From NCBI GenBank assembly GCA_965219455.1, contig OZ244744.1, positions 5,120,001-5,184,000 of the forward strand: a stretch of 64,000 nt of DNA, read 5' to 3'. This stretch comes from Candidatus Latescibacterota bacterium. GTDB lineage: Bacteria > Latescibacterota > UBA2968 > GCA-2709665. Shown one piece after another: positions 57,847-64,000 of the stretch. The notes under the pieces are model-generated. The model was given only the letters and a program-made list of their open reading frames with translations, ran no database searches and was not told where the DNA came from. Each line of letters begins with the position of its first letter. Position 1 is the stretch's first letter. The translations under genes and the position numbers were made by a program.

Positions 57847-59544
57847 ATGAACTTTAACACGACCAATAACACATTTCGCCAATTAATGGGCAACGGGCTG
57901 AGCTATCGCGTGCCGAAGTTTCAACGCGACTACTCCTTGGGTCTCGACGAATGGGACGACCTGTGGCAGGACATTGTTGCACTGTTCGGCGAGGACCCGG
58001 AACCCGCTCACTACATGGGCTATCTGGTACTGCAATCGTCGGACAACAGGTCATTTGACATTATCGACGGACAGCAGCGAATGACCACGCTTAGCTTGAT
58101 GATGCTGGCGGCGGTAGCGCATCTGGCGGACCTGGCGCCGCCGGGTGATCCGAATGACCCACAAAATCGACGCGCTGAGCAGTTGCGTAGCAACTACATC
58201 GGCTACCTGGACCCAGTCAGCCTGGTGTCGCGCTCAAAGCTAACGCTTAATCGGCATAACGATCGCTTTTACCAGAATTTCCTGGTACCCCTGGAACGTC
58301 TGCCGCAACGGGGCTTAAACGCCTCGGAACATCTGCTGCGTCGTGCTTTCATCTGGTTCAAGGAGCATATCAAGGAACGATCAGGCAATGACGGTGAATC
58401 CGTAGCGCGTTTTGTTGACGTCGCTGTAGATAAGCTGTTCTTTACGATCATTACCGTGACTGACGAACTAAATGCCTTTAAGGTGTTCGAGACTCTAAAC
58501 GCCCGCGGCGTGCGCTTGTCCGCTACCGATTTGCTCAAGAATTACTTGTTTTCGGTTGTCTCACGCGGAAATCCGCACGAATCTGAGATTAGCAACTTGG
58601 AAGATCGGTGGGAGGCCATTGTAGGGTTGCTGGGCAGTGAGAGTTTTCCCGAGTTCTTGCGGGTGTTCTGGAACAGCCGCAACAGGTTGGTGCGAAAGGC
58701 GGACTTGTTCAAGGTCATTCGGAACGCGATCTGCAATAGGTCCAAAGCGTTTGAATTGATCCGCGACATGGACAGGAGTGCCCGCATGTATGCGGCCTTG
58801 CGGAGCCCGGAGGACGACTCCTGGACACCAGACGAACACGCCAGCCTGGTCCAGTTACAGATGTTCAACGTGCGTCAGCCGTTGGCATTACTATTGGCGG
58901 CATGGGAGCGATTCTCGGAAGACGACCGTGTCGGCTTTGGACGACTTCTACAGGCGGTAGCGGTAGTATCATTTCGATACAACGTGATTTGTAGCCGCCA
59001 AAGCAACGAGCAGGAGGTCGTCTACAACCAGATTGCCCGGGGAATCTCGGTGGGCCGTGTAAACAGCACGGCCGCAGCGATTGCGGAACTTCGGCCTGTC
59101 TATCCCGATGATCCGGAATTCAGGTCGGCGTTTGCTGACAAGGCGCTGCGAACGACCAGTAGTCGTAACAATAAGGTCGTGCGCTTTATGCTGTTCCGGC
59201 TGGAAGCGCAGTTGTCGGGACAACGCTTTGAATATGAGAGCGCGAGACACGGCATCGAACATGTGCTGCCGGAGAATCCCAACGATGACTGGGAGCAGTT
59301 TGACGACCAGCAGCGAGAGGCGTCCACCTACCGTCTCGGAAACATGACCCTGATGGCGACCGCTGACAATCGCAATTTGGGAAACGCGGGATTCGACGAA
59401 AAACGACCGGTCTATCATAAGAGTAACTTCGCCATCACCCGCAGGCTAGCAGAAGACTACGACGCTTGGACCGTAGAGAAAATTCGCACACGCCAGGCTT
59501 GGATGGCGAAACAGGCTACGGGTATTTGGCGGGTCAATCTATAA
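57847..59544 (+). CDS. GmrSD-like type IV restriction protein (DUF262 + DUF1524/HNH)
   Basis: VPKFQRDY, IIDGQQR, FETLNARG, IEHVLP, RLGNMTL...N. Confidence 0.9.
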   Translation: MNFNTTNNTFRQLMGNGLSYRVPKFQRDYSLGLDEWDDLWQDIVALFGEDPEPAHYMGYLVLQSSDNRSFDIIDGQQRMTTLSLMMLAAVAHLADLAPPGDPNDPQNRRAEQLRSNYIGYLDPVSLVSRSKLTLNRHNDRFYQNFLVPLERLPQRGLNASEHLLRRAFIWFKEHIKERSGNDGESVARFVDVAVDKLFFTIITVTDELNAFKVFETLNARGVRLSATDLLKNYLFSVVSRGNPHESEISNLEDRWEAIVGLLGSESFPEFLRVFWNSRNRLVRKADLFKVIRNAICNRSKAFELIRDMDRSARMYAALRSPEDDSWTPDEHASLVQLQMFNVRQPLALLLAAWERFSEDDRVGFGRLLQAVAVVSFRYNVICSRQSNEQEVVYNQIARGISVGRVNSTAAAIAELRPVYPDDPEFRSAFADKALRTTSSRNNKVVRFMLFRLEAQLSGQRFEYESARHGIEHVLPENPNDDWEQFDDQQREASTYRLGNMTLMATADNRNLGNAGFDEKRPVYHKSNFAITRRLAEDYDAWTVEKIRTRQAWMAKQATGIWRVNL

Positions 59545-59689
59545 GATAAAATGGGGTTTAACGCCTTTGCGCATTGAACATCAGACAACACGTGACAATT
59601 CCACTGAAAATCTCACGGTCGCCCACTACCGATGATCCGCCGAGCACAACCAAGAATACGAATTTCATGTGGTCGCGGATCTCGTGGAC

Positions 59690-59911
59690 GCCAAGGGGCT
59701 GGAGTTTAGAGCCGTTGCCGTCATGGCCTGCGACGACGAAGTTATCCCGCGGCAGGAGCGCATTGAAACCGTCGCGGATGACGCGGACCTTGAGGAGGTC
59801 TACAACACGGAGAGACACTTGCTGTATGTTGCGTGCACACGCGCCCGTGACCATCTGATGGTTTCCGGCGTCAAGCCCGCTTCCGAATTTCTGGATGACC
59901 TCGGAGCGTAA
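59690..59911 (+). pseudogene. Duplicated C-terminal fragment of the UvrD-like helicase
   Basis: AKGLEFRAVAVMACDDEVIPRQER...EFLDDLG matches the last ~73 aa of 55526-57595. Confidence 0.88.
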
Positions 59912-60022
59912 ACTCGCCAGGGGGAAATTGTCTCGTTAAATTAGGCACAGAGGGGTAGAAGGTCTCGAACGTGAGGTGGAGATGGCCGAAATGAGATCTG
60001 GTCTTCCGTATGTATGGGTGAC
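59690..60022 (+). repeat. ~333-bp direct repeat, copy 2
   Basis: Near-identical to 57374-57707. Confidence 0.92.
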
Positions 60023-60638
60023 GTGGTTAACGAAGTTGCTAACTGGAGAAACGTCATGTGAGTGGGCAAACTGGTTTCAAGCCCATCATGACAGCAGGAC
60101 GTGGACTGCTTTGCCGGGTGATTTTGATTCTACGGCATGGCAACTCAATCACACGGCAGCCACCAATGCATATCGGCAAAAGCTGGAAGATCTAGGATTT
60201 GACCTGTCAACCGAGACTCAGAATCGTTTCCACCTTAAAGGAAAGACGGCGACGGTTGGGGGAAAGCCCGATTTAATTGCAAAGAAGGGAAATCGCGGCA
60301 TAATCGTAGATATCAAAACGGGTCAACCAAGGACATCAGATCACGTTCAGGTAATGCTTTACATGTATGCAGTTCCCAGAGCGTTTCCTGAAAAATACAG
60401 AGATGTTGTCTTTGAGGGGCGGGTTGTTTACGGAGAGCAGGAGGTCCCTGTCCCGTCATCGGCTGTTGACGATAAGTTCGTCGAGCGATTTTCGGAGTTA
60501 ATACGCAGGCTGGCATCGAATGAACCGGCCAGAAGAGTTCCAAGTTATGGGGAATGTGGGTTTTGCAAAATTCCCGTGAGCGAATGCCCCGATCGTGTGG
60601 AGGAAGACACATCTACTGCAGCAGTTGATGATTTTTGA
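59982..60638 (+). CDS. PD-(D/E)XK nuclease, Cas4/AddB-like with four cysteines
   Basis: KPDL...VDIKTG...QVMLY; N-terminal Cys plus C-terminal CGFC......C. Confidence 0.85.
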   Translation: MAEMRSGLPYVWVTWLTKLLTGETSCEWANWFQAHHDSRTWTALPGDFDSTAWQLNHTAATNAYRQKLEDLGFDLSTETQNRFHLKGKTATVGGKPDLIAKKGNRGIIVDIKTGQPRTSDHVQVMLYMYAVPRAFPEKYRDVVFEGRVVYGEQEVPVPSSAVDDKFVERFSELIRRLASNEPARRVPSYGECGFCKIPVSECPDRVEEDTSTAAVDDF

Positions 60639-60685
60639 CGTGGGAAAAACGTCCCGTCAGTTTCAATTTATATACACCAACGGTT

Positions 60686-60719
60686 AAAGAGGGAGCCGAT
60701 GGATTCTCGGACTCCCTCT
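60686..60719. terminator. Hairpin terminator downstream of the tRNA
   Basis: AGAGGGAGCCGA / TCGGACTCCCTCT. Confidence 0.6.
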
Positions 60720-60728
60720 CTGGTGTTC

Positions 60729-60805
60729 TGGTGGGCCCTGCAGGACTCGAACCTGCGACCAACGGATTATGAGTCCGCCGCTCTAACCAACTGAGCTAAG
60801 GGCCC
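60729..60805 (-). tRNA. tRNA with CAT anticodon, most likely tRNA-Ile2 (lysidine)
   Basis: GGGCCCTTAGCTCAGTTGGTTAGAGCGGCGGACTCATAATCCGTTGGTCGCAGGTTCGAGTCCTGCAGGGCCCACCA; resembles ileX-type tRNAs; CCA encoded. Confidence 0.93.
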
Positions 60806-60855
60806 GGTAACAGAGAAATTTACGCGATCTGCCGGAAAGGACAAGCTTTTTGTGG

Positions 60856-62670
60856 TCAACGCGGCTGCGTTTCGGTTGTTCCGCGCTGGACGGCGAACAG
60901 CGCTTTGCGTTGTCGGGTCAGATCTTTGTGTTCGGCCATCAACGCCATCGGATCCGTTCCGCCGCCGGCCGTGCGAAGTTGTGCCTCCAGGGCGTCGATA
61001 CGCGCGTCCAGAGCTTTGAGCTGCATTCTGGCGAGATAATCCTGCAGCGGGATCTGCGCCTCCGGGTTGAGAATGCCGATTTCCATTGATACCGCGGATA
61101 TGATGTTGGCCATTCCGGCGTCCTCGCATTGATTCAGCAGGGAAGCGGCGGCCGTGGTCCGCCCCTCCTCTCGCGCCGCCGCGATCATCCCCGCGATCCG
61201 CCGGTACACACTGTTGGTAAAGTGACCGCCGTCAATCTGTGCAAGCACCGTTTCGGCCGTGCGATCGTCCGCCATCATCATCGTGATCAGTTCCCGTTCC
61301 ATTCGAGGGCGGGGATCGAAAGACGCGGACCCGGATTCTGTCTCTGCCGCGTCGGCCGTCCGTCTGCCCGTACCAAAACGTGCCGCACGCTGGACCGCCT
61401 GGATGGCGATGGCTTCGTCGACCCCCAGTTTCTCCGCGATTTCCTGAGTCAGAAAACGCCTTAGGGTACTGTCCTTCGCGCGTGCGACGAACTCCGAAAT
61501 GGTTTCAACGGCACGGGTCTTGCCGTCCGACGTGGACAGGTCCTCCCGCGACCGCACCCAATCGAAGAGAAAATCCATTATTGGCGCGGCGGTTTCGGTC
61601 AGTTCGTTAAAGGCGTCCGAACCCCGCTGTCGGACGAAGCTGTCCGGATCCTCATCGCCGTCGAGCGTGACCACGCGAATTTCCAGCCCGAATTCCACCA
61701 GGGCGCCTACACCGCGCACGGTGGCGGCGGTACCCGCCGCGTCGCCGTCGAATACAAGTACGGCCAGGTCGGTAAACCGCTTGAGCAGGCGCGCATGTTC
61801 CGGAGTGAGCGCGGTTCCGGAAGAGGCGACAACGTTGCGGATATCGAATTGAGCCAGTGCAACGAGGTCCATATACCCTTCGACGACAACCGCCGTCCGG
61901 GTCGAACGGATCGGGTCCCGGTTGTTCCAGAGGCCGTAAAGCGTGGCGCTCTTGTTGTAGATTGGGGTCTCGGGAGAATTCAGGTATTTGGGCTGTTGCT
62001 CCGGATCGAGGGCGCGGGCGCCGAAAGCGACGGTCCGACCTGTGTGCGATTCGATGGGAAAGATCACGCGGTCGCGAAAGCGGTCGTAGTATCGGCCGTC
62101 CCCGCGGTGGGTGACGAGCCCGGCCCGTTCAAGCATCTGTGCGCTGAAGCCGCGCCTTCCAGCCACGTTGAACAGGCCATCCCAGGCTTTGGTGGCGTAT
62201 CCCAGCGAGAAGGCGTCCATCGTGGATTCTGAGACGCCGCGGCCAACGAGGTATTCGCGCGCTGCTGCGCCCGATTCGTGTCGCAGCAGCATGTGACGGA
62301 AGTATTTTCGGGCGAATTCGACCGTCCTGTAAACCTCGTCGTTGGTGTCCTGTGCCGCCTTGTCGCGGGGCTGAAATTCGGGCAGCGAAATGCCGGCCTG
62401 GTCAGCAAGCTTTCGTACGGCTTCGATGAAGCTGATGCGTTCGAGTTCCATCAGGAATATGAAGGCATTTCCGCCCGCGCCGCAGGAAAAACACTTGTAA
62501 ATCTGTTTCTCCTGGGAGACGTTCAGAGAGGGCGTCCGGTCGTCGTGAAAGGGACAGAGCCCCAGATAGCTCTTGCCACGTTTGACGAGTGCGACATACT
62601 CGGAAATGACGTCGACGATATCCAAGGAGTCGCGAATCTGTTCCACTGTATCTTCGGGAATACGGGGCAT
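60856..62670 (-). CDS. dnaG: DNA primase
   Basis: CPFHDDRTPS/CFSC zinc finger, DRFRDRVIFPI, KYLNSPET, VEGYMD, FDGDAAG, DPD. Confidence 0.97.
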   Translation of the reverse strand: MPRIPEDTVEQIRDSLDIVDVISEYVALVKRGKSYLGLCPFHDDRTPSLNVSQEKQIYKCFSCGAGGNAFIFLMELERISFIEAVRKLADQAGISLPEFQPRDKAAQDTNDEVYRTVEFARKYFRHMLLRHESGAAAREYLVGRGVSESTMDAFSLGYATKAWDGLFNVAGRRGFSAQMLERAGLVTHRGDGRYYDRFRDRVIFPIESHTGRTVAFGARALDPEQQPKYLNSPETPIYNKSATLYGLWNNRDPIRSTRTAVVVEGYMDLVALAQFDIRNVVASSGTALTPEHARLLKRFTDLAVLVFDGDAAGTAATVRGVGALVEFGLEIRVVTLDGDEDPDSFVRQRGSDAFNELTETAAPIMDFLFDWVRSREDLSTSDGKTRAVETISEFVARAKDSTLRRFLTQEIAEKLGVDEAIAIQAVQRAARFGTGRRTADAAETESGSASFDPRPRMERELITMMMADDRTAETVLAQIDGGHFTNSVYRRIAGMIAAAREEGRTTAAASLLNQCEDAGMANIISAVSMEIGILNPEAQIPLQDYLARMQLKALDARIDALEAQLRTAGGGTDPMALMAEHKDLTRQRKALFAVQRGTTETQPR

Positions 62671-62785
62671 AACGGGTACTATGGAATGGATGGAAAGACA
62701 GTGTTGCGAAAGTCCCGGAGCCGTTCATCCTTCGCCAGAGAGGGGCAGCGGAGCGTCGATCGTCAGGAGCCGACGCGTCCGGCGC

Positions 62786-64000
<1,215 letters not shown>

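Larger units (their letters stand above)
40389..60640 (+). other. Anti-phage defence island adjacent to tRNA-Ile2
   Basis: Contiguous plus-strand R-M, TA, RT, helicase and nuclease genes; parts visibly more AT-rich; no integrase seen. Confidence 0.85.

Noticed and set aside
57374-60022. Direct repeats as DGR template/variable repeats
   Set aside because: Mismatches are not confined to adenines and the repeats span a gene end, spacer and gene start
59982-60730. CRISPR-Cas locus suggested by the Cas4-like nuclease
   Set aside because: No repeat-spacer array and no cas1/cas2 or effector genes seen
60729-60805. tRNA-Met call
   Set aside because: Paired G1-C72 and no GGG/CCC anticodon stem rule out the initiator; overall sequence is closer to ileX-type tRNA-Ile2, though elongator Met is not formally excluded

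Overview
GC-rich bacterial chromosomal window; no taxon can be assigned from sequence alone. 1-22 kb is housekeeping: gatB (partial)-gatA-tatA-DUF4321-pssA-htrA-truA, comEC, and a long minus-strand run ilvN-leuA-leuC-leuD-leuB-cimA-aminotransferase-argJ-aminotransferase-accA headed by a putative Leu/Ile leader-peptide attenuator. 22-40 kb is accessory and envelope genes: Gld-like ABC operon, M28 peptidase, DegT aminotransferase, transglutaminase-like protein, an ECF sigma factor fused to a beta-clamp-like domain, a pyrimidine 5'-nucleotidase-like HAD, HU/IHF, ankyrin lipoprotein and a serpin. Two MITE-like elements lie at ~17.0 kb and ~28.6 kb. About 40.4-60.7 kb is a plus-strand defence island with no visible integrase, ending next to tRNA-Ile2(CAT). 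It holds an AAA ATPase + DUF4276 pair, type III R-M (res, a truncated mod copy, a full mod), a Schlafen/AlbA_2 protein, orphan HicB, a PIN toxin + partner, a reverse transcriptase-nitrilase fusion flanked by structured non-coding regions, a RelE-like/UvrD helicase, GmrSD and a Cas4-like nuclease. Three cassettes in the island are each bracketed by long direct repeats of neighbouring sequence. dnaG and partial ispG close the window. All family calls come from motif recognition by eye; no database searches or folding programs were run.
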